Below, piece after piece: positions 51,066-63,367 of a stretch of 64,000 bases of DNA. A program made the position numbers and the translations under genes. Under the pieces are notes generated by a model. The model saw only the letters and a program-made list of their open reading frames with translations, was not told where the DNA came from and searched no databases. The stretch is from Octopus bimaculoides (taxonomy: Eukaryota), in NCBI RefSeq assembly GCF_001194135.2, contig NC_068981.1, forward strand, positions 120,892,071 through 120,956,070, written 5' to 3'. Positions within the stretch are counted from its first letter, which is position 1. Each line of letters opens with the position of its first letter.

Positions 51066-52329
51066 AAGACGTTTTGGTGGGTATACTTATACTGCTTTTT
51101 TTCTGCTGTTTTTTCATCATGCTGGCTCAACATCCAGTGTATGTAAGTCCTGACTCTGCCATATCTGAATATATTCCTTCTAATTCAAGGATGGTCAACC
51201 AGAGACAATATAATTTATTTGTTTCTTGCCCATCACCACATATTCTGCAGCTACTTATTGTAGCTTTATTATATATCTTTTTGATGGAGGAGATTTTGAC
51301 TTTGTGTTACAGTTATGAACCTTTCAGTCTCTGCTTTGAGTCCCAAGCTTCTCAACCAGTTTTTTAGATTTAGCTTGGTTTCTTTTCTGTTTAGCTTATC
51401 CCTGTATTTCTATCATTTTATCATGACATTTTGTAGTTCAAATTTTAGCTTAAATTTTAGCTGCTTTACAGCTTTTGTTCTTTCATTTTCTTCATATTTG
51501 TTGGGTATTTTGACCTCTTTCTTGAAGACAGACAGCCATTTTTTGTTTCGCTCATGCTTTGTCGTTATTTGTATCAGTTTTCCTTGATATTGAAGTAGAT
51601 GTTTCTTTAGCTCTCTTTCTATAATAGTTTTCTAGTTGTGGTAAGACCTCAACCACCTTCAATTCATTATATATATATAACCTTTCTATGTCAGATTTTG
51701 GGTGGTGTATACTAGTTAATTTAGTTTCCAGTTAAGAATATGGTATCTGTAGCTCGGAATTAGGACAGCTAGAGTATTGATGTCTGTTATCTTATTTTTG
51801 GCACTTAGCTTTGTTTTAAGTATTCATCTAATTCATCTGTAATATTTGTTCCTTATCTTTTCATTTATTTGTGCATGCTGTACCCCACCTAGTTCATTCA
51901 TTCCTAAGTAAATATTTGCTTGAGTTTGGTCCAGTTCACATATTTCATTTTCTTAATCTAGTGCAATATTGTTGCTCTTAATTAGCCTCCCTCTTTTCAA
52001 TTTGCTTTGGCACATTTTTCTAAGCAGAATCTTATATTGATTTCTTTGGTAAATCTGTGCACTGTCTATGGTGAAGTTGTTGTTATTATTATTAGATGAA
52101 TGTCTTCCTTATAAGGAGAACTGCATTATTGTCATTATAGTCCAACCCTTGCTAACATGGAAAACAGACGTTTGATGATGATGATGTTGATGTATATTTA
52201 TATTTCATGCTCTTTTAATATTTTCAGTTACTCATTCGATTTTCTATGTACCTCCCCACCACTTTATGTGCATTTTTATAATTATTTTCTTCATTTGTCC
52301 TTGTGGAATCATCATCATCATCTACAAAA

Positions 52330-53000
52330 AGTTGGCAGAATTGTTAGCATGCTGGGCAAAATGCTTAGTGGCATTTCATTTGTCTTCATGTTCTGCATTG
52401 AAATTCTGCTCAGGTTGACTTTGCCTTTCATCCTTTCATGGGCAATAAAATAAGTACCAGTTGAGTACTGGGTTGATGCAATTGACTTACATCCTCCTCA
52501 AAATTACTAGCCTCGTGTCAAAATTTGAAATCATCATTATTACTATTATTATCATTAGTGATGGCAGATTCGTTAGCATGCTGGACAAAATGCTTAGCGG
52601 TATTTTGCCTGTTGCTATGTTCTGAGTTCAAATTCCATTGAGGTCAACTTTGCCTTTCTTCTTTTCGGGGTCGGTAAAATAAGTGCCAGTGAAACACTGG
52701 GGTTGATGTAATTGACTAGTCCTCTCCCCAACAAAATTTCAGGCCTTGTGCCTATAGTAGAAAAGATTATTATTATTCACTATTTGGCGGCGAGCTGATG
52801 GAATCATTGGCACGCTGGATAGTAGTGGTATTTTGCCTGTCGGTCCATTCTGAGTTCAGATTCTACCAAGGTTGACTTTGTCTTTCATCCTTTCGGTGTC
52901 AATAAATTAACTACCAGTTGAATACAGGGGTTGATGTAATCAACTCATCCCCTCCCTCAAAACTAGTGCCCTTGTGGAAAAATTTGAAACCATTATTTCT
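52330..53000 (+). mobile_element. Three head-to-tail Nin/Deu-like SINEs just upstream of exon F
   Basis: Three ~210-bp copies, each ending in (ATT)n. Confidence 0.88.
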
Positions 53001-53010
53001 ATTATTATTA

Positions 53011-53047
<37 letters not shown>

Positions 53048-53125
53048 TATTATTTGTTTTGATTCTGAATTTTGAAAATTCTATTAATTTTTCTGTTTTC
53101 ATTTTGTGTTTTCACATCTCCACAG

Positions 53126-53202
53126 GATGCATACTAACTTAGTACACCTGAGTCTCAACTCATGTAGTTTAATAACAGACAGTGGTTTACAGCCTCTTAC
53201 AG
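53126..53202 (+). CDS. Coding exon F (77 nt, phase 2-1), cysteine-containing LRR
   Basis: Acceptor ctccacag, donor AG|gtaagc. Reads (R)MHTNLVHLSLNSCSLITDSGLQPLT, matching LxxLxLxxCxxITDxGL. Confidence 0.92.
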
Positions 53203-53464
53203 GTAAGCAAGCATTTTGATATCACATTTGTTAGAGTAACTTTTGTTGTTTAACCCCAGAGCTGTCCTGGTTATGCAGGCATATGATGAAAGGTGTCCCA
53301 GCTGTGATCATCCTGTCATTCTGTCAAGCACACATCATGTAAATTGTCTTTCCTTTTTAATAAGAGAAGGTAGAATGTGATTTGAAGGAAAGTTGATTAT
53401 TTTTTCGAGGGTCAGTGATTACATAAAAGCTTCATGTTCTTTGGCTTGGATGATAGACACAAAA

Positions 53465-54146
53465 ATTTCCTGTTTGCTTCTGTCTAGAAATCAAAGGAAA
53501 TGACTACTACTCCCTACAATTTAGCTTTTGTGACCTAGACTTCAATGTTTTGAAACTGAACTATTTCCATTACATTTCAGACAAATATTCTGTTCAGTAC
53601 CACAGATTTGCTTGTCAGTTGCTTGACCTTAACAACTTAAGCATATCCCTTAATGGCAGACAATATGTGCATCTCTGATGATGATCTTTAGTCAGAGCGT
53701 GTCTCAACCAGAAATGTTGATTCTATTACATGTCTTTCAAAGACATTGCACTCATAACACTGTGTAGCATGATTTTTGTCCTTAAGTAACTCCTGTTATT
53801 TCCTTCAAACTTTGCTTTTGTTACATTTATTCAAACCTCAAACAATCTCAACACATGGATATGACACTCCCTCACAACTCCTGCTCATCATCAGAGATGC
53901 ACATATTGCCAGTCACTAAGGGATATGCTCGAGTTGTTAAGGTCAAGCAACTGACAAGCCGACCTGTGGTACTGAACAGAATATTTGCTTTAGCAATATT
54001 TCTGCTTCAACAACTTAGCGTTGAATCTGTGTGAAATGTAATGGAAATAGTTCAGTTTCAAAACATTGAAGTCTAGGTCACAAAAGCAAAGTTTGTAGGG
54101 AGTAGTAGTCATTTCCTTTGGTTTCTAGACGAAGCAAACAGGAAAT
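53465..54146. repeat. Long inverted repeat (arms 53465-53684 and 53885-54146, ~200-bp spacer)
   Basis: atttcctgtttgcttc..caaaggaaatgactactactccctac.. pairs with ..gtagggagtagtagtcatttcctttg..gaagcaaacaggaaat; inner arm halves derive from the 570-bp repeat. Confidence 0.9.
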
Positions 54147-55168
54147 AACTCTTACTGACCAAAGACAAAATAGAAAAAATAAGATTTTGCTACACAATGT
54201 AATTAGCTGCTGCCTTGAATTGTCATTAATGTTCTACCTTCTTATACTATACAACATTGCTAAACATTGTGCAGTTCCACCCCTAGGAAGGAGTACCCTG
54301 GAAGGCATATAAAGAATATTTCTAATTCTGTATAGATTCTTAAATTCCAACGCAATAAATATTAGCCAAGTGGTTAAGAAGTGCGTTTTCCAACCAAATA
54401 GTTTTGTGTTCAGTCCCTCTGCATTGCAGCATGAGCAAAGGGTCTTCTGTTATTACCCTAAACTGAATGGTTTTGGTAGATGGAAACTTAAATATGTACC
54501 TTTCAATGTACTTGAATTTCCATTCTTTTACTCTCTCTCCTTCAAAAGTTTATAGCTTCACCTCATTCAATCCAAGTAATTTTAAGTTTTTAAAAATCGT
54601 TTATTGACACACTCATAAAAGTGCATGCAAGTACACATACGTATATGCACAGACACACACATTCACACACTCATGAACTTCTCCAATATATACACATACT
54701 TGCAGGTGTGGCCATGTAAAATCTTTTTTTGCATATTCGTAGTCTCCGACATCTAAAACGTAGGAATCTGAAAAGCTTTTTCCAAAAAATGAACTTTTCA
54801 AGGATAGGTGCGAAACTGCATTAGCCCCCACAATTGATTACATTCATTTAAAATCAAGGCCAGTTTTTGTTGGCGATGAGTGACTTGATTGAATTAGACC
54901 AGTATATCACTGGTACATATTTTTGTTAATCATATTCCCTTCTCTCATTCAGAAAGGATAACAAGCTAATTTATTTTGATAGGATTTGAGATGAGAATTT
55001 AGACTGACGGCATTGAATACTATTATACATTATATTCTGGTGATTTAGTGTCTTCCTCGTTGCTTTATGATGAAGAATTACTAATATTCTATTTAATTGA
55101 TTATTTAATTGGCAGAAGTCACAAAGTCACTCAAGGGCCAAGAGTTTTGCATACTAGTATTTAATCTG

Positions 55169-55216
<48 letters not shown>

Positions 55217-55486
55217 NNNNNNNNNNNNNNNNNNNNNNNNNNNNNNNNNNNNNNNNNNNNNNNNNNNNNNNNNNNNNNNNNNNNNNNNNNNNNNNNNNNN
55301 NNNNNNNNNNNNNNNNNNNNNNNNNNNNNNNNNNNNNNNNNNNNNNNNNNNNNNNNNNNNNNNNNNNNNNNNNNNNNNNNNNNNNNNNNNNNNNNNNNNN
55401 NNNNNNNNNNNNNNNNNNNNNNNNNNNNNNNNNNNNNNNNNNNNNNNNNNNNNNNNNNNNNNNNNNNNNNNNNNNNNNNNNNNNNN

Positions 55487-55519
<33 letters not shown>

Positions 55520-56296
55520 TCATCATCAGCCTTTAATGTCTGTTGGTCTATTTGACCAGAGCTGGAAAACAGAAGTTTCAATCTGACTTGGCTTGGTTTC
55601 TATGGCTGGATACCCTTCCTAACACCAACCACTTCACAGTGTGTGCTGGGTGCTTTTAACATGCCACCAGCATGAGTGCTTGCATGTGGCACTGACATGA
55701 ATGCTTTTTACATGGCACCATCACAGGACTCCTGTAGGTTAATCCTCTTCGCCAGGGGATGCAGCTTTAACACTTCTGCTGTGGAGGACAAGACATCTTG
55801 TGTACAGCAAGGTGCCAGGTATTTCCATCCTTTGTCATCTTGTCCAAATATATATATCGTTTTAATATTTCACTTGAGCATTGCACAACTAATAACCTGG
55901 TGTAGAACTCAGTATACATATGCTTCTGAACAAAGCTTTAGTCAAACACAGAATGTTAGTAAGAAAATGTGATGACAAGGGAATAAATGATTATCTTACG
56001 AACTTTATTAGCATTGAAGCCTCAAAGATGAAGTGCAATTTATTTCATATTGCACTTCATATTCGCGGCTCTATTGCAGCTATTAAGTATTACTAAGGCA
56101 CTCATTTATAAATCCAATGCATCTTATGCCAGAAACAGCTGTAAGCCAATGAAATTCATAAGATAATCATTCATTCTTTTGTCATCTCATTTTCTTATAT
56201 ATGCATACATACACACGTGTGTTTTGAGTTCTGTTTTCCTTTTTGTATTATCAAACCTGTCATTTTCTGTCTAATTATTTATTCATTTATTTCCAG

Positions 56297-56371
56297 CCTT
56301 AAAAAAACTAAAGACTTTAAAGTTAGGATCATGCCGGCAGCTAACAGACAACTGTTTAACACCTATATCGG
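56297..56371 (+). CDS. Coding exon G (75 nt, phase 1-1), one LRR
   Basis: Acceptor tttatttccag, donor G|gtaagc. Reads (A)LKKLKTLKLGSCRQLTDNCLTPIS. Confidence 0.92.
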
Positions 56372-56719
56372 GTAAGCAATTCTGTATATAGATTACGTAA
56401 CAAGATTACCTACTTCCATGATTATTATCTTTGTCGCTAGAAAAGAAACATTTTCAAAAGTTTACATCTATGTTACACTCTCATCAGTTTCATCATAATT
56501 GTTATCAAACATATTCATGGATGTGTAAGTAAAAACATTTGTTTCTAAACTCAAAGGAATAACACTTTTTTTGCACTTGGCCACTGACGCCTATGCTGTC
56601 TGGATAAGAGTGTTACTCCTAGTTAAGAACTAAATGTTTCTAATTCAGATCCAGTTCAGTAATATTATAAATCAAGTAATAAGACACTTGAGATTAAACT
56701 GAGTAGAATGTAGTATAGA

Positions 56720-57335
56720 TCATCATCATCATCATCATTTAATACCTGTTTTCCATGCTGGCATGGGTTGGATGTTTTGACTGGAACTGGCCAACCGGGG
56801 AGATTCCTAGGCTCTATTTGTCTGTTTTGGCATGGTTTCTATGACTGTATGTCCTTCCTAACACTAACCACTTCACAGGGTATACTGGGTGCTTATATAG
56901 TGACATTAGCACAAGTGCTTTTGATGTGGCACTGGCACAAGTGCTCTTACTGTGGCACTGGTACAGGTACTTTTTTATGTGGTACCAGAATAAGTGCTTT
57001 TCTATGTGGCACTTGCACTTGCGAGCCCACATGAAAAGACCTCTCAGCCGAGAGAGGGAGTGGGAGGCATGGCCTAAAGAACATGCCTATATCTATGTAT
57101 GGATGACCATGATTTTACATATCTTGATGTCTTCTCAAGCATAGCATATCGCCAGAAATCATAGTCCCTTGTCATTTCCTCTGTGAGGCTCAACATCTGA
57201 AGATCCTTTTTTTACGACTTCTTCCCATGGCTTCCTGGGTTTACCCCTTCCACAGGTTCCCTCCACAATTAGAGATCAGCACTTCTTTATGCTGCTGTCC
57301 TCATCCATATGCATCACATGTCCATACCAGTGCAG
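56720..57335 (-). mobile_element. 5'-truncated RTE LINE (~615 bp) with ~26-nt tandem array in the 3'UTR
   Basis: Minus frame reads LHWYGHVMHMDEDSSIKKC*SLIVEGTCGRGKPRKPWEEVVK..DLQMLSLTEEMTRD, then UTR and (GAT)n. Confidence 0.88.
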
Positions 57336-58199
57336 TAGATATCAGTATGAAAAGCACTACTGATCTCTCTTAGTAAGATTAATAGTTTGTAAAATTATAG
57401 TAGAATAGAACCTCACAGTACGAGTGCCCCATTGTACGAGTAATTAACTGTACAGTCTGAGACTTGCAGCATGAGCACACAAATCATTTGATCTTTAAGG
57501 TAATTCAGTTAATAAAACCAGTTTACATATTTCTTTTGCATTCTCTTTTTTATTATTGTCATTTTACTTGTAACTTTATCTTTTCTCTTTTAAAACCCAT
57601 AAAAAATAATTTTTGGGTGTGTTTGTATGGCTGGAATGGATTAATTATATTTTAGTTAATTTCAATGGGGAAAATTGATTTGTAAAATGAGTAAATTGTA
57701 AGATGGGCTTGGTCATGGAACAAATTAAACTCATACTGCGAGGTATCACTGTATTATTATTAATTCATCATTTACATTTCTTTTATGCAGTTTACAAATT
57801 AAGCAATTCTTTTTTTTTTATTTTGGTTAAGTAAGTCTTTCTGTATATTAGCGATAGTAATTGTGTTCATAAACAGCTTTTGTCTGTAAATCTGAGTATT
57901 GCCAGCAGAGAAAACATATAAGAACTGAGTTGATGGAGTATCAAATACACAACCAAGATGTTGTTATTGCTGTTGCAATGTGCCTTACTCAGCAGTAAAA
58001 CTTGATGGCTGTAAAATTTGAACTTATAACCATTTGGTCAGTAGTCCAGTATTTTAACCTCATAGATCTCGTCATTTGATTGTCTTATCAATGAATTAAA
58101 TTATAATTCATGATCATTTATTGCCATTCGTGGTCAGTTATGGTTATACTGATAAAACTGTCACTGATGAAGGAAAAAAATCCAGAAACACATGCATAG

Positions 58200-58233
<34 letters not shown>

Positions 58234-58858
58234 CAGGATATTTAGCCAATCCTTAAATAAAATTTATAAAAAATATTCTATCTTTAGTTTTTGCTTTTAA
58301 TCAGTCAAAATTACAATATTCTTTCTATTTCTCTTGAAAACAAATGTTTGCATGTGTATACACACACACACACACACACACACATATGCACACAGAAAAT
58401 ATTCAGCAACAATGAATTGAAGTTTGCTATGCATGCCAGATGATGGAGGTCTGTGACATGTGGCTGTACAGTGTGAGGCCTATTCAACTTATGAAAGAAC
58501 AGACATTGAATGATATTGTTGATGCTAATATGATTATGATGATGGTGGTTGTTGTTTTGTGGTGGTGATGAGGCTGATGATTGTGTGTGTGTGTGTGAAC
58601 AATAGCGATAGTATGGGGGTATGTGCTGTAACAAGTCATTGCATCCACCATTTGTTTGTGATTCCATATTCTTAGTGGATGATTCCTTTGCACCACTTCG
58701 CCAACAACCCTCCAACCCATGAGTCTGGTTGGCAAGTTGTTGCAGGTGAGGGTTTTACCAGTCTGGAATGAAAATTCTAACACAATACAAAATACACAAA
58801 TATTCTATGAGCTTTGTGGTAGTAATTCTTTTTTATTTTTTTTTTGTTCCCATTTCAG

Positions 58859-59020
58859 CTCTACAGTCTTTAGCCACCCTAGTACTGGAGAACACCCGGG
58901 TCACAGATGCTGGTATCATTCAGTATATCACTGACATCTCTATGCATCAGCCACCCACACTGAAGTGCCTAAATCTGAATAGAACATCTTGTACTCATAA
59001 GATATTTGGACCACTCACTG
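58859..59020 (+). CDS. Coding exon H (162 nt, phase 1-1), two LRRs; gene continues past the window
   Basis: Poly-T tract plus catttcag acceptor, donor G|gtatgt. Reads (A)LQSLATLVLENTRVTDAGIIQYITDISMHQPPTLKCLNLNRTSCTHKIFGPLT. Confidence 0.92.
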
Positions 59021-59728
59021 GTATGTTGGCATTTTCATTTTATAAGTTTTTCGAATTTTCTTTTTTTTTTCTTGAGTGAAGGTGGTACAGAGGTGTGGGT
59101 GCAGAGAGTATTTGGAATGGGTGGTGTGGAGCCTGGTGTTGCCATCCGGTTTCACCAGTCCTCAGTCAAATCGTCCAACCCATGCTAGCATGGAAAGCGG
59201 ACGTTAAACGATGATGATGATGATGATGATTGTTGTTGTTATTATTATCTTCTTTCAATTTTGTTTCCATTTCTTGCCGAGTGTCTTCCCAACACCTAGG
59301 GCAAAGAAACTTACTGTATACATTAGTAGGCCATCAAAATAAACATACCAGATTGTTCATTTACAAAGTCATGTGAGAGAGAAAAGGGGGAAGAAAGACA
59401 GTGAAAAAAGAAACAAATGAAAAAAAGAAAACAAAGAAAATAAAGGGGAAAAGGGAAAGAAAATTCACAGTGACAATGCGTTTCTCAATGCATGTGACAT
59501 ACCAGTTAGGACAATCTTTTACCTTTCCTGCATGGATGGTTAGCCACGGATCATCCTCAAATAATTTTCAGTTCCCTTTGTGATCATTCCAAGTGTTCCT
59601 ACAATCACTTGTATTTCATCCTTTCGGGGTCAATAAAACAAGTACCAGTTAAGTGCTGTGGTTAATATAATCAACTTACCCGCTCCCTCAACTTGCTGGC
59701 CTTGTGCCAAAATTTGAAATCATTATTA

Positions 59729-59792
<64 letters not shown>

Positions 59793-60379
59793 CATCATCA
59801 TTGTTGTTGTTGTTGTTGCTGTTATTGAGTGAGAGAGCAGTGCATGCCATCACAGTGACACTGGGGTAAAATATATGAAACCCAGTATACCCGTCATGAC
59901 TACCTGTCTGATAAGGGTACACCAGGCACATGCATCACAACCACATGTGCGACATGGTGATCTCATATCAAGATTAATAACATATGACCTTGCAAGTGGG
60001 GGCACAGCTAGAATTTTCTTCAGATCAAGTAGCCCATCCCGCTCAAAAGGTCCCTGAATAAGGGTTGTTTAAGGACGTTGAACAAAACACCCATGTTTCC
60101 AGAGGTGAATTATCCAAACTCCCCCAAATTCCTCTCTATACATGGCTATGATGCTTCCCCACTACTTCTGCTCATGACCAGAAATGCACATTTCGTCAGC
60201 CACTAAGGGAGATGCTCAACTGGTTAAGGTCAAACAACTGACAAGTAACTCTGTGGTATGGAGCAGAATATTTGCTGTAGCCCATCTTTTATAGCAAGAC
60301 AAAACAATGTACATGATAACACTTCCAATCAGTTAAGATCAGAAGCCATGGGAACCACTGCTTGGTACTGCATCAACGC

Positions 60380-60424
<45 letters not shown>

Positions 60425-62844
60425 GCTAGTACATGCTAATATAATTTGCAGGGATCTTATCTTGAGGTTTGGTGACAACAAGTTTCCTTAAATCTCAAGA
60501 ATCTTCCTTAGGATTCATGCAGAATAGAGGATGGTACTTTCATGTAGGTTGACAATGTGATTCCAATCTCTTTCAGTCTATTATTAGCATTTTTGGTGTT
60601 GTACCAGTTCTCTTGCTAGATCCTGATATTTCTCAATTTTTTTTTCTATTTCTTTGCTATCGACTCTATGATCTTACACTGTTTATTTTGTCCTCTCTAA
60701 TCATATGCAACCTTCTTGCTTCAATATTATCTTTCACTTTTTACTTGTTTCAGTCATAAGATTGCGGCCATGCTGGGGCACCGTCTTGGAAAATTTTTTA
60801 GTTGAATGAATCGGGCCCCAGTACCTAGTTTTTGCTAAGCCTGGTACTTGTTCTATCAGGTCTTTTGCTGAACTGCTAAGCTACAGGAATGTAAACACAC
60901 CAGCACTGGTTGTCAAGTGATGGTGTGGAATAAACACGGACACAAACACACACACACACACACACGGACACACACACACACACACACACATATGACGGGC
61001 TTCTTTCAGTTTCCATCTACCAAATCCACTCACAAGGCTCTGGTTGGTCCAAGGCTATTGTAGAAGACACTCAGCCTAGGTGCTATGCAGTGGGACTGAA
61101 CCCAGAACCATGTGGTTGGGAAGCAAGCCTCTTACCACACAGCCATGCCTGGTCAGTTTTTGTGGGGAAGTCCTACAATATCTTGCAATTCCTATCTTCT
61201 CTCAGCTTCTGGTTCATGTTCATACCACTTTTAGATTGTTTTGAGGCCACACACTTGGCTAACATCCTATTACACTCTTTACACAATGCTTGACTGGTCA
61301 CTGGTTGTTTATTTTATCAACCCAGGAAGGACAAAAAGCAAAATCAACCATGGGAGGATTTGAACTCAGTATGCGTGGAACCAAAGGAAATACTTGTGCT
61401 ACATTTAAGACTGTGTCAGTAAGGAAAGAGAATTTCCAGAAAATCAATATTTAAAAAATCCATGGTACTCAAATAAAAAACTATGGACAAAATGAAAAAT
61501 GTATTAAAATTCTTGTTTACCACTTAAAGATGACACACCTCAGAAGAAACATAACATTTTTTCCCTTCCATTTTTGTCTAGTTTTTAATTTTCTCATTCC
61601 CTTCTCTCACCACCCATACTTCTGTCTTAATGAAGGACTACTGCCTGTTTATTATTGAACTACTTGGATATGGCAACGTGTATAGTGTGTCCATGTGCTG
61701 TGAATTTGTGTATGTTTATGTGCATTTATGTGTGTCTGTGTGTGTGTGTGTGTGAGTGAGAGAGAGAGAGAGAGAGAGAAATAGAATACAAGAATCAAGC
61801 CAATGCATTGAAACAACTGTAATGGTGGTAGTGAGTATAGTAGTGCCTATGATGATATCCTCATAATGTTGTTGTTGGTGATGATGATTACTGCAATGTA
61901 AGAGCCACTGCTGCTGTTTCCATAGTCAATGAGAAAAGTTGAGAAGAAAAGGAAGAACAATATTTTCTAGTTTAACTTAAGAAAGTCTATATTTAGGAAT
62001 GACTGTGTGGTTAAGAAACTCATTTTAGAACCACCTGGTTTTAGGCTAGTGTCTTCCCTTATAGTCTTGGAACGACCAATATGAGTAAATTTAGTAGATG
62101 GACACTGTGTGGAAGCCCATCATCTCTCTCTCTCTCTCTCCTTCTCTCTCTATCTCTCTCTCCTTCTCTCTCTCTCTCTCTCTCTCCTCTCTCTCTCCTT
62201 CTCTCTCTCTCTCTCCTTCTCTCTCTCTCNNNNNNNNNNNNNNNNNNNNNNNNNNNNNNNNNNNNNNNNNNNNNNNNNNNNNNNNNNNNNNNNNNNNNNN
62301 NNNNNNNNNNNNNNNNNNNNNNNNNNNNNNNNNNNNNNNNNNNNNNNNNNNNNNNNNNNNNNNNNNNNNNNNNNNNNNNNNNNNNNNNNNNNNNNNNNNN
62401 NNNNNNNNNNNNNNNNNNNNNNNNNNNNNNNNNNNNNNNNNNNNNNNNNNNNNNNNNNNNNNNNNNNNNNNNNNNNNNNNNNNNNNNNNNNNNNNNNNNN
62501 NNNNNNNNNNNNNNNNNNNCCATTGCCAGTACCGCCTGACTGGTCTTCGTGCGGGTGACACGTAAAAGCACCCACTACACTCTGAGTGGTTGGCGTTAGG
62601 AAAGGCATCCAGCTGTAGAAACTCTGCCAAATCAGATTGGAGCCTGGTGTAGCCATCTGGTTTCACCAGTCTTCATTCAAATCGTCCAACCCATGCTAGC
62701 ATGGAAAGCGGACGTTAAACGATGATGATGATGATATAAAGTAACAAACTAAGGAAAGGAATTCCTTCAAAGGGGTGTGTAAAATATCCAATTCACTGGT
62801 ATGTCAGTTGAATACCACATAAATATGGGTATAATGCAAATTAC

Positions 62845-63344
62845 AAACAATAAATTAAATAGAGAGATTCAATTGACAATCCAATAATTTATTTATGTTA
62901 TAACATAATATACTATGAATAGAATATAACATAAAAAATCATTAAAAAATCAAAATAGTCAACTATTTATTTCGACTTATATACATTATTTTATTTATAA
63001 ACAATACATATCCATTTATATAAGTCTTTTCAAAGCTTTGGTTTATAGATAGACAAAATTCCATGTGAAAGGACAGCTGGATTATAAAAATTGAAATTTC
63101 TTTTTTCGATCCAGCCATCCTTTCACACAGAATTTTGTCTATCTGTAAACCAAAGCTCTAAAGAGACTTATATAAGTGGTTATGTATTGTTTATAAATAT
63201 CAGATAATGTATATAAGTCGAAACAAATTGTTTCTATTTTGGTTTTCTATTGTTTTTTTTTTATATTATATTGTATTTATATTATATTATATTATAACAA
63301 ATTATTGGATTGTCAATTGAACCTCTCTATTTAATTTATTATTT
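62845..63344. mobile_element. AT-rich fold-back MITE-like palindrome (~240-bp arms, <=26-nt loop)
   Basis: aaattaaatagagagattcaattgacaatccaataattt..gctggat pairs with atccagc..aaattattggattgtcaattgaacctctctatttaattt. Confidence 0.88.
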
Positions 63345-63367
63345 ACACACACACACACACACATATA

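Noticed and set aside
58164-58190. ctgatgaagg-aaaaaaa-tccagaaac hammerhead-like motif
   Set aside because: Helices I and III could not be closed; at most a decayed PLE remnant.
20400-62666. Long ORFs in the supplied track (120-307 aa)
   Set aside because: They run through N gaps and (TA)n/(GA)n repeats; artefacts.
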